A stretch of DNA of 64,000 bases from NCBI RefSeq assembly GCF_963921235.1, contig NC_086108.1, positions 82,648,001 through 82,712,000 of the forward strand, written 5' to 3'. The stretch is from Mobula hypostoma. Its lineage: Eukaryota. Each line of letters opens with the position of its first letter. Positions within the stretch are counted from its first letter, which is position 1. Under the pieces are notes generated by a model. It did not search any database. It saw nothing but the letters and a program-made list of their open reading frames with translations, and was not told where the DNA came from. This document shows positions 22,797-35,810 of this stretch, in pieces. A program made the position numbers and the translations under genes.

Positions 22797-23300
22797 CACC
22801 CAGTAGCCACTTTATTTGGTACACCTGTACACCTGCTCGTTAATGGCAATAGCGAATCAGCAACTCAAGTGACAGCAACTCAATGCATAAAAGCACGCAG
22901 ATCAATTGTTCGGACCAAACATGAGAATGGGAAAGAAATGTGATCTAAGTGACTGCCTGGTTTGGGTATCCCAGAAACTGCGGATCTCCTGGGACTTTCA
23001 CGCACGAGTCTTCAGAGTTTACCGAGAATGATGCGCAAAAAATAATCCAGTGAGAAGCAGTTCTGTGGGCGGAGACCCCTTGCTAATGAAAGAGGTCAAA
23101 GTAGAATGGCCAGGCTGGTTCAAGATGACAGAAAAGCGACTAACTCAGATAGCCACGCGTTACAGTAGAGGTGTTCGGAAGAGCATCTCTGAGCGTAGAG
23201 CACGTCGAACCTTGAGTTTGATGGGCTACAGCAGCAGAAGACCACGATCAAACACCCAGCCGCCACCACAAGAGGTGCCCAATAAATTGGCAACTGACTG
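22797..23300 (+). mobile_element. Internally deleted Tc1/mariner DNA transposon
   Basis: Imperfect TIRs 'cacccagtagccactttatttggtacacct' and 'aggtgcccaataaattggcaactgactg', followed by TA. Residual transposase TQIATRYSRGVRKSISERRARRTLSLMGYSSRRP (ORF 23050-23307). Confidence 0.8.
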
Positions 23301-25164
23301 TATATGATCGTGTCACGTTAAATCTCCATTCCACCCACACTCTCGCGTAACTGGCTGGGCCTTGCCTCCTAAGATGGTTCGTGAAACTCAGGTTAAGCGC
23401 AAAGGAATCTCACGGCATGTCTTTGGATTAGACATATCACAGTCATCCGGGTTCGACAATAAGTTCCACCATTTCACATAATAATTCCGCCAATCCTATC
23501 TCCTCCAGTTCTATTTCTTAATTCATTCCTTATCCCTTTGCAGTTTACTTCATTTTCTCTATTAATCACTTATCTTTAAGGATTACCCTTCTCCCTTTTT
23601 CTGTTCACCCTCTCTCTAGTTCTCTACATCTTTTCTCTAAATTTGATATCGAGAGACTTTAGTTCTGTTTCTCTGAGTATCGCGAGTAATTTCTGTTTAT
23701 ATCTCATTTGGGAAATGGATTGTTAGCCAGAGTCGTAGATTTAAAATAGGTGACACAAAAGCTTTAGGGAAATTGAGCGCATTTTTCCGAACCAAGTCTC
23801 GACAAATTTGGGATTTAGTACACGATGAAGTGGTAAAATCAGACTTGAATAGAATCTCTGGCGAAACTAGACATGCAATCGGAGGGCAGTAATTATAAAT
23901 TATTTATTGGTGGGGAGTGGATAGAGAATTGATCTTGAGATTAGAAGGGATTATTGTGTAAAACAACCAGGAGAAACGCAACGTGTTGAATGGTCTTCCT
24001 CCAAGCTGTTGGATTCCTCGATAACAGAACAAGGTAGCAAGTATTTAAAAGGTTAACAGTTAATTCCCCTCTCGATTTGTTTCTAAAGCCCTCTAATCTC
24101 TTGCACTTTATTTGAAACAGTGCTGTTCTGTATTTCAATGCAATCATGGTGACATTTTGCCTCGGCGCCATTTTCAGCACCAACCCCAAACTCTTTGTAC
24201 TACTGGTGTACACGAATCAATCGGTCACTGTCATGAGAATCTTCAGCGTCCTCTTGGGCACTGAGTCCGTTCAAGCTGCTGAGTTTGGGTCTTACGGCGC
24301 ACTTGGTTGGAGAATTCCAAGGATTCTCTGGGCGAGGAATGTCATCTTTAGCTTCTTCATCTTACGCAATTTAAGTTGTTCATCAGCATCTCTTCAATGA
24401 CAGCTCAGTTGTAGTTTACGCCAGAGGTCACGTCTAATTAGTTTTACCCACTATATGGTCCACGGAAATTTATTCAAAGATATACAAATACCCTTAAGAG
24501 ATGTTGTAAATAGAATCATGCGTCCCGTTGAGAGAATGCGTCCCTTTTAATTAACCCACAGACTTAGATATCATGATGGAGAACTTTGAACAGGACTACC
24601 TTACAAAAACGCCGTTTAGAGCATGAAAAGGACCACGTCATATTTTAATACCTTCATCCTTAATTCAGAATATGGTCATCCAGATTAGGAGGAGCAATTT
24701 ATATAATATACTCAAACTGTAGAAGTTATTGTCAGATTTCTCTCCGTCCCCAGCAGCAACTGAATTTAAATCAAATCTCGTTACTTTTTCAGCGTGCGAG
24801 AGAAAGCCGGGGGTGGTCGGGACGTTGGGAGGTCGCACAGGTAGAATTATACAGAGGTAACATAAAGGTCTGTGGCTCAGGTTCTCCTTGAATATTTAGT
24901 TATGTACGCGTGCATTGTCTAGGCATACATTGTCAGAGATTGCTCTTGCATCGGTTCTCTTTTATCACCCATCTGTGGTGAATTACTTCCCTTGGAAATT
25001 GGCCAAGGTTTAACGGTAGAAAGCGAGATCTCTAAATTTCTTCATTCAAGCTATTTGTTTCTAAGTTACATCATAGAACATTGCATTGCACGATGGTGAC
25101 AGTGTTAGGAGACAAGGAAGTAATGTGCGTGAACACCTAACATCTCCAAATGAAAATAAGAATT

Positions 25165-25360
25165 AAAATGCAAATACTGTAGGTATGAAGTCAAAGCATA
25201 ACAGATGGCAAGGTCACTCAGCAGGCCAGGTATCCTTTGTGGGTCGAGACAATATGAACATTTTAGAAGCGAGGTCCTTGGTCAGAACTGAAACATTAAT
25301 CGCTGTCCTTTCCACAGATGCTGCTGGCTTGGTGAGAGTTTTTCCCCGTATTTTCCGATC
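25165..25360. mobile_element. Old Penelope-type palindromic repeat
   Basis: Arms 'cactcagcaggccagg...tgtgg' and 'tccacagatgctgctggcttggtgagagtt' of the same family. Confidence 0.5.
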
Positions 25361-25786
25361 ATACAGAATAAGCCGAGTCCTACTGTATCCGATTGAAACA
25401 TTTGTGCAGCTTTTGGGAAACCCTTGCATGTTATAACAAGGATGCCACTTTCTATTGTTAGCAACCCACTTTTGCTGTCCCAGGACACTTTTTCGGTGCA
25501 GTATTCTTGAGGAAAGACAAACCTGACTTGCCTCATCTTCGGCGATCCCGAGAAAGTCAAATTTCTACATATTCAGCATTCCAATAAACATTTTCAAAGT
25601 CTCAGTTTAGCAGTGCGTGAATTCAGGCAATCTGTCTGTGGCCATGGCCCTAGATAAAGCATACGGTGGCATCAAAGCCACACAAATTCCAAGCGAAACA
25701 TTTAATGTTTCAATTGAAATAAAAGAAATAAGAGAAGTGTCGATGTTAGGGGTGGGCTGGTGGAGTGGAAAGCGAGAGAGCTGGTG

Positions 25787-25865
25787 TAGATAAATAGATA
25801 GATAGATAGACAGATAGAGATGGACAGACAGATAGACAGACAGACGGACAGTCAGACAGATAGAA
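25787..25865. repeat. (GATA/GACA)n tetranucleotide repeat
   Basis: Read directly. Confidence 0.9.
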
Positions 25866-27179
25866 AGAAAGAACGAAGAATGGGTGGATGGACGCAGTCA
25901 AAATAATGGGATATGTACGATCCCAACTTTAAAGGTTTCCTGATTCAGATGCAACGGCTATTTCATGATGCGACTCCGTTGATGACTTAGCTGCTGCCCA
26001 ATGGCATTGTTAATTACACAAACCAGAGCTTTAAACAAACAATCGGAGAGTTCCCCCTGTTTCTGACCTAACCTTTAGATTTGGCCTTCGCCTGTGTTCC
26101 AAATATTGTAAATTGAATAGCCCCGGGCTACGCACGTTTGGTTCAGAGTCGCTGCCTCCGACTCATCTGCATCAGCTCAGTAGGGGAGAGGTAAGAAAAT
26201 ATATCAAACATGTTAATCTTATTTAGGGATTGCGTTGAAGTATAAGTAATAACGGGCTTTTATAATTGGTTAATCATATTTTCCCAAAGACCTTATTTAT
26301 TATTTTAAACCTTTAATGCTTTAGCAAGAACACCGTCCTTGCTAATCGCTGCATAAATCTAGTCTGGGGGTTTCAGATTTATTTTCGAAACCGTGTCATA
26401 TTTAATTTTCCATCTAAAGTTATAGATCTAACCCAACTTTCACTCGGCGCAATGTAGTTTGGGATGTGGAAAGGGATGAGAGGCATGACATGAGAGGCCT
26501 GCCATTTACATTGAATCTTGGCGGCGACGCAGAGGTTGTCAAACACACGATGCTGTTTAACTCCAATCCGGAGTGAAGTCTGCTACATCCACTTCCCTGA
26601 TTATAAATTTATAATCAACTTGACAGGAAACATTCTCTCAGGTTGCCGCCCTTCTAACATTCCTAACATCTATGCTCAATTGAACTTTTGATTGCAGAAT
26701 GGCAGATACAGGGGCGAGTGGCAGGACCAGTCACGATTCAGCCTTGAATATTTCTGGATTTTCTATTTAAGTCAAGATACATATTCAGGGGGGATGTTTT
26801 TGCCATTGCCCCATTCGCATCAGATGGAACAATGAAAAGGTGGGAGGAACATGAATTTCAGATTTGATATATATATCACAACATGAGCGGAGTGAATTGG
26901 ACGAGGAAATCAAGTATACCTGTCGCTTTTAGGGCGGCATGAAAATTCTTTCAGAAGTTTTCTTTTGGTGTCCAAACTCTTCTAACATTCAAACGAATTC
27001 ACATTCCTGTTTAATAGTGCGAGAAATCAAATTGCTCCGAGATTGGACTTCACCAACTCAATTCGACTCAACTATCTCCGCTTTCCCATCAATTTGATAT
27101 AGTGTGTATACTCCCGAACGAATAATCTCGTGAACACGAGTTCAAATGTGAAAATATCACATTAGTGTTGAAATGTGCA

Positions 27180-27755
27180 ATCCAGTATGAGTTGAAATCT
27201 ATCCACGTCTAAACTTTATAAAACCTTGACTGAGCTGTGGCTCTTGTATTTTGTAGAGTTCTGATCGCCACACTATAGGGAGAACAAGATTCCTTTGAAG
27301 AATAAGTAGGAATACTGAGGATGTTACCTGGGATAGAGCTTTTCATTTCGGAAACTAGACTGAACAAGTTGAGTTTGGTGTTTAGTTTTCTTGCAACGGA
27401 AGTGGCTGAAGTGGTTCTAAATATACGAGAAGCAAACAGGCTAGATAATAGGAAACGTTCACCCATCGCAGAAAAGCTTAAACCAAGGGGCAATGGGTAT
27501 AGGGAAAAGTGGAAGAGTTTAACGGGGATATAAGAAACATTTATTTCAGCCAGAGGGTGGCAAGGTTCTGGAGCGCACCGCACGTGGAGCTGGTGAAGTC
27601 AGACATCCACAGGAATATTTAGAAGAACAATTGAATCCATGGGAAATAGAAGATTGCTGAGAAAGTGCTAGTGGAGGTAATTAATACTGATAGTTTATTG
27701 GTGGTTAGCATGGACACGATGGGCCGAAGGATCTGATTCTATACACTATGACTAT
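27180..27755 (+). mobile_element. Old CR1 LINE 3' end
   Basis: 'MLPGIELFISETRLNKLSL' and 3' UTR 'agcatggacacgatgggccgaaggatctgattctatacactatgact'. Confidence 0.7.
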
Positions 27756-28809
27756 AAGTAGTCATGAACCAGTCAATTTCTTGTGTTAAAAATCATAGCC
27801 ACGGGAAAGGAGAAGCACTGTGGTTATTCAGTCTTAGTTAAATGCAATTGCAGCCCCCGACCAAAACGATAACTCAATGGTCCCCTGAAATGGCTAGCAA
27901 ATCCCTCAACCGAATTAACCAGTCGAGAAGAAAGTCCGACATCAGGTTTCAGGGCATTTAACGACAGAAAATAAACAGTATTCTTCCTGGCAATGCCCAT
28001 ATCACTTATATAAACACTAGAACTAACAACAAAAATACCGAAGATATTTGTCGTGCTTCTTGCGACTGAATGGTGTAATAAAACTGTCATGGCACAAAAC
28101 TATAACCCAGATGCTGTAGGTTTGAAATTCAATTTTATAAAATAAATTGAATAAATCGAATAATTTGTGGATTGATATAAGCAAATTAAAAAAAAATGAA
28201 ATTCTTTACTGATATACTTCAAGGAAACAATCTGTCATCTAGTCCTGTAAATATTTGGTTGACAGTGCTGAGGACGTCCTTGCCAACGTTTGCCACAAGA
28301 CGTTTAAGGACGCATGGCCGCTTGCAGGACTAGGCCTAGCAGTAACATACCTCCGCCTGTTCACTGATATACGCTGTCATAAGTTCTTATTGTAGATGCT
28401 GAATCGTGTGCTGTCGGGAAACTGTGGTCTGGCCATGGAGATAGAGATTTGGTGACTAGAAAGGAACAAACATTAAAACTCTCTGAGGTGAAGAAGTTAA
28501 CTAAAGGCAACAATTAGTACCCGCAATACCGATGAAACAATTAATACCGCGGTGACAATGGGACATTGAAATGATGCAGAACCATAGAACAGCATCAGAG
28601 TGCCTTTATCTTCAGTACCTTAGAATGAATTGGCATTTGATGCCGTAATCTTTTCTTATTGTGCCGTTCAAAACAAAGGCTGCTTTTAAATTACAATTTC
28701 AAGTTTATATTTCCACGTACACGTTATTCACGGCGCACTGATAAAACATGCAGTGATGTAGCATGGAAAGATGGCCTTCGAATCAACTCATTCATGCCGA
28801 ACAAAATGC

Positions 28810-29020
28810 CTATTAAAAGTTTTTTCTATTTGCCTGCATTTGACCTATATCTCTCTAAAACTTTCTTATCCATGTACAAATATTTTAAATATTGCAATTG
28901 TACTCGCCATTACAACCTGCTCTGGCAGTTCCTTCTATCGACCCACCACCCTCTGTCGTACTCCCCTTTAAATCTTTTCGTCTCGTCTTAAACCTGTGCC
29001 AGCTAGTATTAGACTCCCCT
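28810..29020 (-). mobile_element. CR1 3' fragment, antisense
   Basis: 'acctgctctggcagttccttctatcgacccaccaccctctg...tcttaaacctgtgcc' parallels antisense CR1 copies at ~36240 and ~38820. Confidence 0.6.
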
Positions 29021-32000
29021 AACTTCGCGGATGAGTAGGCACTTTTTACTCGGATCTCTGCTGATGGCATTTCTTTTAAGTTAGAGTCTTCCCATACAGA
29101 ACTCTGGGACATATCTATTTGCCGCATAGGTCCTGTGCGCGGTTTCCGGGGACAGCAAGGCCTCTGAACCAATTAGTGTTCCATTCTGGGAAAGTGTCAT
29201 GTGTTGGCGGATTCACCTCACGACCCGAGCTGGGAACATATCATGGCTTTTACAGTTCAGTGAACCTTGCCACTTGCTGGATTTCATCGCCCCGTGGTAG
29301 TTAGACAGATTTGGAGAATGTAATCACATCCAAAGATTTGGGAATTTGAAAAAAAAAAGGCCCTCCAAGACATGACTGAAGAAAGTCACATAAAAATGAG
29401 AATCTCCCTATATTTTAACTAATGACCAAAAAGTTAGAAGTGATTTAGTTAGGTTATTGCTCACCAAGAAGAGTTAAAAGAGTATTTTAATAATACCATT
29501 TTGCAACCTATAAGATCACAGCTCCTTCGCAACTTTTCAGATTTAATTGAAAAGAGCATTTTATTCTTATCACTCTAAAATATCATAATTACATCTACAT
29601 TACGTACAAACAGGAGGACAGTAACATATGAGCCCTCTTCCACCCTGACATACCCGCAGTGGATTGTCGCCGATGTGTATGCGCATTGTCCATCCGCACG
29701 CAAAGGATTGTAAATGGTTTCACTGGTGCTGAAGAACAGATCCCCGTGAGCGGACGAACAGATTCTGTCTAAAAATATAGATACAATAATAATTATGCTG
29801 TTAGCAATTCCCATGATACATGTATTGTGTTAGCATCACCAAATATAATGGTTGTTCCTATGCTTTATTGTCAAGTTGGAGGACACAATAATAGAGGTTG
29901 GTGCATTTTTATTGACTATTTAAAAATCTGTTTCTATTTACTACTCCGTTTTATATAACTGCTATATTAGAAACTTGATACTTGCAGACTGCTGGAAAAG
30001 AAAATCATTCTATTGTTTGACAACCCAGCGCAGTTTTCGACTAGAAGTCAAATAATTGATATGTCATGGATTACTGCTCCTGCCTGGGCTCAGACCAAAA
30101 CGAGCCACCAGGGTGGAACTCTTCTAACCAGAGTCCCTTAAATCTGGTGGCTGGGGACGAGGACATTTCATTCGCAGTTGATAACAAGCGCCTTCCAGCT
30201 CTTATTTTCCACAAGTAATCTGCCAGTGCAGCCTGCGGACTGCTGAGGCCGTGTTCTTTCTCCGGCCATTGCAAACAACGGTCACCAGTGACCATACATC
30301 ACCTTCCCTTTTTGTCAGGGCGGCCTCCCGAAGGTCTTTTTTACTAGCTCCAAGTGTCGCTAAGGAGCACCAAATGCACATGTACGTGTCAATAATCTAG
30401 CCCCCAAGTCAAGTCAAATAGCTTTGTGAAAAGAGAGAGAGAGGAAAAATGAACAATGCCTCTGGCCCATCAATAGCTGAAAGTCAAGAGGCGTGATAAG
30501 GTATCGATCAAAAGGCAGTGGCGTTTGTTGCAATTTCGGCTCCTTAATGTATGAACATCAAGCAAGAATAAGACCTCATTTTAAACAGTATCATTTGTGA
30601 CAGGATGCTCTCTTGAACCTCGTAGACTGCTGAGTATTAGGACGGAAAATCGCATCAGAAGGTGTCCAGGTGCCTTCAGGGCTGTGCCTTTCTAAGTGCT
30701 GGCTCCCTACAGCACACTTATTCATCCAGTCTTTCGTAAGCTAGCCAGCACTGAAACTGCTATCAAATCGTTTCACTTGCTCCAAATTTCAGCATTGTAT
30801 TAAATATTTCATGCGCTTGTTTAATGCTAACTGGTGGCTTCGCCCGGTGTCAAAGTACTTTAACGCTATTTATTCCTTACCCTTTCGTTTGGGAAGAGCA
30901 GTTAGTCGAATGGGACAGGAAAAAAAACAGATGAGGATCAATTACTAGAATAGCGACGATGTAAAATCTTGCAGATTTCTATGCTTACAAGTTCATTTGC
31001 TCGAAAATATAAATAGAGGTGTTTAATCAATAACATTCTGCTGCCAGACATCAATGTGTTATACGCGTTGAATCAGAGTCGAATTAATCATTGCGGTGCT
31101 CTATTATGTGATCGCTCTTTCTTTTCAGATTATCGTGAACAGCCCTCAGACCCTCAACTATCTAATTGCGACACTGCCCACTGAAAAATAAATCATTCCA
31201 ACTAGTAATTAGACATCAAATCAGGGAATAGTCTACCAAAATAGATATTTAGATCTGTTGCTTTAAGTTGTAGCATATTTTGTTGGGGTTTTAATGAACA
31301 TGTTTAAGTAGATTTAATATGTACGCTCGTCATGAGATAGGAAATCACAAAAAATTATCCTGTGCAATTAATGCATTACAAAGCCTAATTTCATATTTTC
31401 GGTTTAATTTCAGAGAAAAGCGGTCCATTGACATTGGTACAGTTGCTACGTTAACCTTTTAAATGCTGGCGCGAACAGTAAGTTAGATTTGCTCCAAAGA
31501 CATTTGGAATTTAAGTTATCATTATTAAGTAATCCAAGTTACTTCTGTAGTTCTATATGCTAGAACTTAACAATTCTCATTAGACTCGGTAACTGCTTTT
31601 TGGCTTTAAACATATTTTGGCATTTTTAATAGTTTTTGGTGTCAGGCAATCAACTACATAATTCGTTAATATAATATTTTAGATTTTCTGTTCGCAATTT
31701 GAAAATAAGCTCCCAGTCCTTTTTCAAAGCGTGGCCGCGTATATCATCGATGCCAAAAATCTTTACTTTTAATCATTAACATCACAGTGTAATACTATGT
31801 TTGCTGCATTGTTCCAAAGTAAACTTTTCTTTAAAAAGAAGGGCCGGTCGGCAAGCCGGCGTGTGTACTTTTAATTATTATATTTTAATAGCTCGTTCCG
31901 AAGATCTACGTATATAACACAAAAAAAATCACTCACCAGCAAAAGCACTTCATCATCCTAATGAGCTCAGTGTTGTGTGAATCTGAATAAGCTCGCCGTT

Positions 32001-33565
32001 CTTGAATATTAATTGTCGGAAGAGGCTTGGGATGCTGGTTACAAATGGCCTGTCCTTATACAGGAGTCTTGGCCTGAGGGGGTGGAATGCTGGGCAAATC
32101 TTCATTTAGCAAGGTGGTGGTGAGCCTGTCTACGTACTCTTTTTTCTTTTGCTCCCTTGATATATTCAAAGACAACTGCCAGAAAGAGCGCAAAAAAAAA
32201 CTGGACGTGAAATTACAGCAAGAAAGAGCCATCTTGGTGGGCCCTAATCGAAAGGGAACAGGTTGAAATGGGTTAATTAACAGGATAATCACCCAACACG
32301 GCTTAATTTCTTTTCAATGTTTCAATGAGGATCTCATTACGAAGCTTAATGCAAGTTTACAATTCCAAGCATACAGAATGTGAATTGATCGCCAGCAGAG
32401 TGAACATTTACCCACAGACGTGTCTATTTCAGCTGGAGGCTCAGAGGAGGGTTACGGTTATAAAGTTGTGCAATAGAAACTAAAGCAAACAAAAACATGC
32501 TTCCTTTTCATCGGGGAAGGTCAATAATAATTAGATGTTCTTTAAAAAAAGATGCTCATTTTCTGAATGTACACACACTGTGGGTAATAATTCAAAATGT
32601 TGCAATTTTCGTGTGTTGGGTTAAAATCTTACTGCTTACCTACCAGATTGGATTTTTTTTTACCTCTTGTGATAATCGACTCCTTTTCTGGCCTGGCAAC
32701 GTTAAGGTGCTATTGGATTGGAGAATTAATTGGACTACTGGGAGAACAGTAAAACCTCCTTATTGTTTTTAAATAGCACCTCAGTCAAAAATAACCATTA
32801 TAGCATCGGATAAAATATATGGATGGAGCGACCTCCATAATATTATAGGAAATACAGCTGGATATTATTTCAATGTTAATTCCGTCAAATATATGGTTGT
32901 GTTTAATTGTTATTCGTTCGCCTTCTTAATAGACACAGGTGAGGGAACATGTAAGGTACCTGATATGCAAACTGACTTTTAATTATTAATAATCTGTCAA
33001 TCAGTAAGGTCGGTCCAGTTTCGGTGCTGAAATATACGTTAATCATAAGAAAATCGACTTGATAACTAAATAAACGGTAACTAGATAGGGGCAAGGTCTA
33101 TTTGAAAAGCCGACTTTACAAGGAAGGCTGACAGAGCAGGTGCGCGCAGAAGGCATCCCGGCAAGTAACGGCACTGGCACTAGCTGGGGAGATAAAGGGT
33201 CTCCCCTTGCGAAGAGTAGACCTGGATACTCTCCGCTCTGTCAGCTTTTCCGCTTATGAAACTATAAATCTTACAGTTTATAGAATTATCGACTGGCTGA
33301 GGCAGATTGTTTTATTTTGCTTTAATCCGGCGTTAACCCCTGCTTTACAAATTGCACTTAAAAAAAAAGACGTGTTCTCAGTTAAATATCATCCCCTATT
33401 AACCCGCTGCCCTGACCGTTTATCACGTACTGCCCTGGGGGACTCGTCTGATCCCAGCGAGAATGGTGTCACTCTTGATCGGAACAGTCTGGGAGTCATT
33501 TAAACTCATCCCAAATGCGGGTCTTTCTTCTCCCTTCCCCCTCCCCCGCCTCGGACAAAAAAATC

Positions 33566-33617
33566 GAGAGCGAGAGAGGGAGGGAGAGAGAGTGTGTGTG
33601 TGTGAGAGAGAGAGAGT

Positions 33618-33659
<42 letters not shown>
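33566..33659. repeat. Compound (GA)n/(GT)n microsatellite
   Basis: Read directly. Confidence 0.95.
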
Positions 33660-33662
<3 letters not shown>

Positions 33663-35239
33663 AGAATGAAAGAATGAAAGAATGAATTTTGGAGCGGACA
33701 GATTTTAAGCCGCAGCTGTAAGCTTCTATGTCTGCGGTAAAGAGTTTCTTGCTGGGCCCAAGTAGCCATGTAAATAGTTGGGCTGAACTCTCAGCGGTAG
33801 TTCCATAGCTCAGGGCTTCCCTTGTCTCTCTCCCAGAGGCTCTCATCAACTCCCTAATGTTTTCTTTTCGGGGGCCGCTCGGAGAAGAAATGGTGGAAAG
33901 CCGGGAAGGGAGGGTTCTGCGGGGAGGTAAATGGTCCCAGAGCAGCATCTGCCTCACTGGTACGACCACCTGGTTCACCACACTAGCACCAAATGACAGT
34001 GAACTCTCTACTGATTGGTGACGATGCCTTAATAAATGAGTGCAGGGAAATCTATTAATCGAGGGAACAATCTCAACTCGGGGGGAATTCAAGGCCGATT
34101 CTCCGGCCCTGGTGTGCGGATATAGGGGCCTAAAGACACTAAAGATAATGCAATAAAGTTTGCAAACAGAGCGGAGTTAACTCTGTTATGCCGCACAGTG
34201 CGATTCGTACACAACACGATGCCCCTCTTTTCCTGCACATGATATTTACCCTTGTGATTTTATACCCATAAAAATCGCTAACGTTGTGCTTCCCCCTACT
34301 TAGAACTTGTATATCGTCACTTATCTTCTGCTTATATAGCTTTATAACGCAGTGTAATGTTATAAACTGTTTTGTTTCAAAACATTCCCTTTAGTCGCCT
34401 ACACGAAGAAATATGATTGCAGTCTATAAAGTAAAATGTTCAACATCGTGTTAAATCTTTGTTCGGAACTGAAATTGCATGACTCGAGCAGCACAAATTG
34501 TTATTTAATGACATTAAAGACTGATATTGATTTTTTTTCAAATTCTGTTTATAATAATTGACAACGTACATTCAAGGAAAACTAAACGGCGAGATAGATA
34601 CTGTCTGTGACTCTTTGGAGAGACGCTTTTCTTCAACGTGTTACATGGCTCTGTCCCAGTATTTAGTTTTCTCTGTTTGTCGCGACCTACACTGCCTATA
34701 AAATTGCCTTCTCGCACTAGGGTGTTCCGACATCAGCTGTTCAGCACTTCATTTTGCGATCAATGGAACAAAATATGGTCTTATGACAAGCCCAGCAAAG
34801 CAGCGATAGATCAGAATAGGCTATAGTTAGGCTGAACATTAGAGAAGTCAAGGACATTTGACGCATTTGTCAAAGTCCTCATTGACCCTCGACCTTTAAG
34901 GTTCCAAAGTATTGATTCCCAGCGTCTGGACTCAATTGGCCTGAAGATATCAGAAGAAAAAGCAGAGCTGTTGGACTGACAAGACTTAATAAAAAGACTG
35001 GATCGATGAGAAATTATTTCGCTTGAAAAAAAAAACAACCGTAAGCCATGCATGAAACTTAAGCACAAATAGGGGTTTATGGAAGAAGAAAACGTGAGCA
35101 ATGTTCATTAACATTAACTGGGGATGGGTGATGGGAATGGTTTTCAAGATGGCCAAGTCAGATAGATCAATAATTATACTGCTGTAACTTCACATGGCAA
35201 ACAGATTAAGAGTTTACTTTACAGTGCTTTTAATGAAAT

Positions 35240-35810
35240 ACCAACACCCTTGAGTGGAACACTCTACAAAAAGTAATGGATATGGCCCAGTCCATCATGG
35301 GTGAAGCACTCTCCACCATTGAGCACATCTACATGAAGCACTGTTGCAGGAAGGCAGGGTTCATCATCAGGGAACTCCACCAGCCAGGTCATGCACTCTC
35401 CTTGCTGCTGTTGTCAGCAAGAATGTGCAGGAGGATCAGGACTCACACCACCAGATTCAGCAACAGTTATTACCCCTCAACCACCAGGCTCTTGAAACAG
35501 TGGGGACAACTCTACTTGCCCCCATCACTGAATTGTTCCCACAACCTATGGCCTTACTTTCAGGGACTCTTCATCTCATGTTCTCAATATTTATTGCTTA
35601 TTTATTTATTCTTATTATTTTCTTTTGTATTTGCACAGTTAGTTGTTTTTTGCACATTGGTTGCTTGTCCATCCCGTTGGGTACGGTCTTTCATTGATTC
35701 TATTATGGTTCTTGGATTTATGGAGTATGCCTGCAGGAAAACAAACCTCAGGATTATATATGGTGACATATGTGTACTTTGATAATAAATTTACTTTGAA
35801 CTTTTGAACT
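35240..35810 (+). mobile_element. Rex1/Babar-clade LINE 3' end
   Basis: ORF 35276: HQPGHALSLLLLSARMCRRIRTHTTRFSNSYYPSTTRLL, the Rex1 C-terminal motif; tail 'aataaatttactttgaacttttgaac'. Same family as 58035-59127. Confidence 0.8.

Larger units (their letters stand above)
4760..35100. promoter_or_regulatory. ~30-kb CpG-retaining, transposon-poor domain (putative non-methylated regulatory domain)
   Basis: Hand counts of CpG per 600 bp: about 26 in 6061-6660, about 2 in 1141-1740, about 4 in 40801-41400, with similarly AT-rich composition. No recognisable transposon in ~4.6-18.8 kb or ~29.1-35.2 kb. Confidence 0.75.

Noticed and set aside
24199..24361. Protein-looking minus-strand frame DEEAKDDIPRPENPWNSPTK...
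   Set aside because: Bounded by stops, no credible splice acceptor or start codon, and no recognised homology.
17862..33031. TTCAGCACC half-sites (~17863, 24173, 29725, 33023) as REST/NRSE elements
   Set aside because: None has the GGACAG half-site at canonical spacing.
33496..34092. 198-aa minus-strand ORF
   Set aside because: Non-ATG start, C-terminal part is microsatellite, and no recognisable domain.
4760..35100. TAATCC (Otx/Pitx-type) site enrichment, and known miRNA hairpins such as miR-9, miR-124, miR-137 and miR-183/96/182
   Set aside because: About 16 TAATCC/GGATTA sites in 30 kb is near chance. No mature miRNA sequence was spotted by eye, though the scan was not exhaustive.
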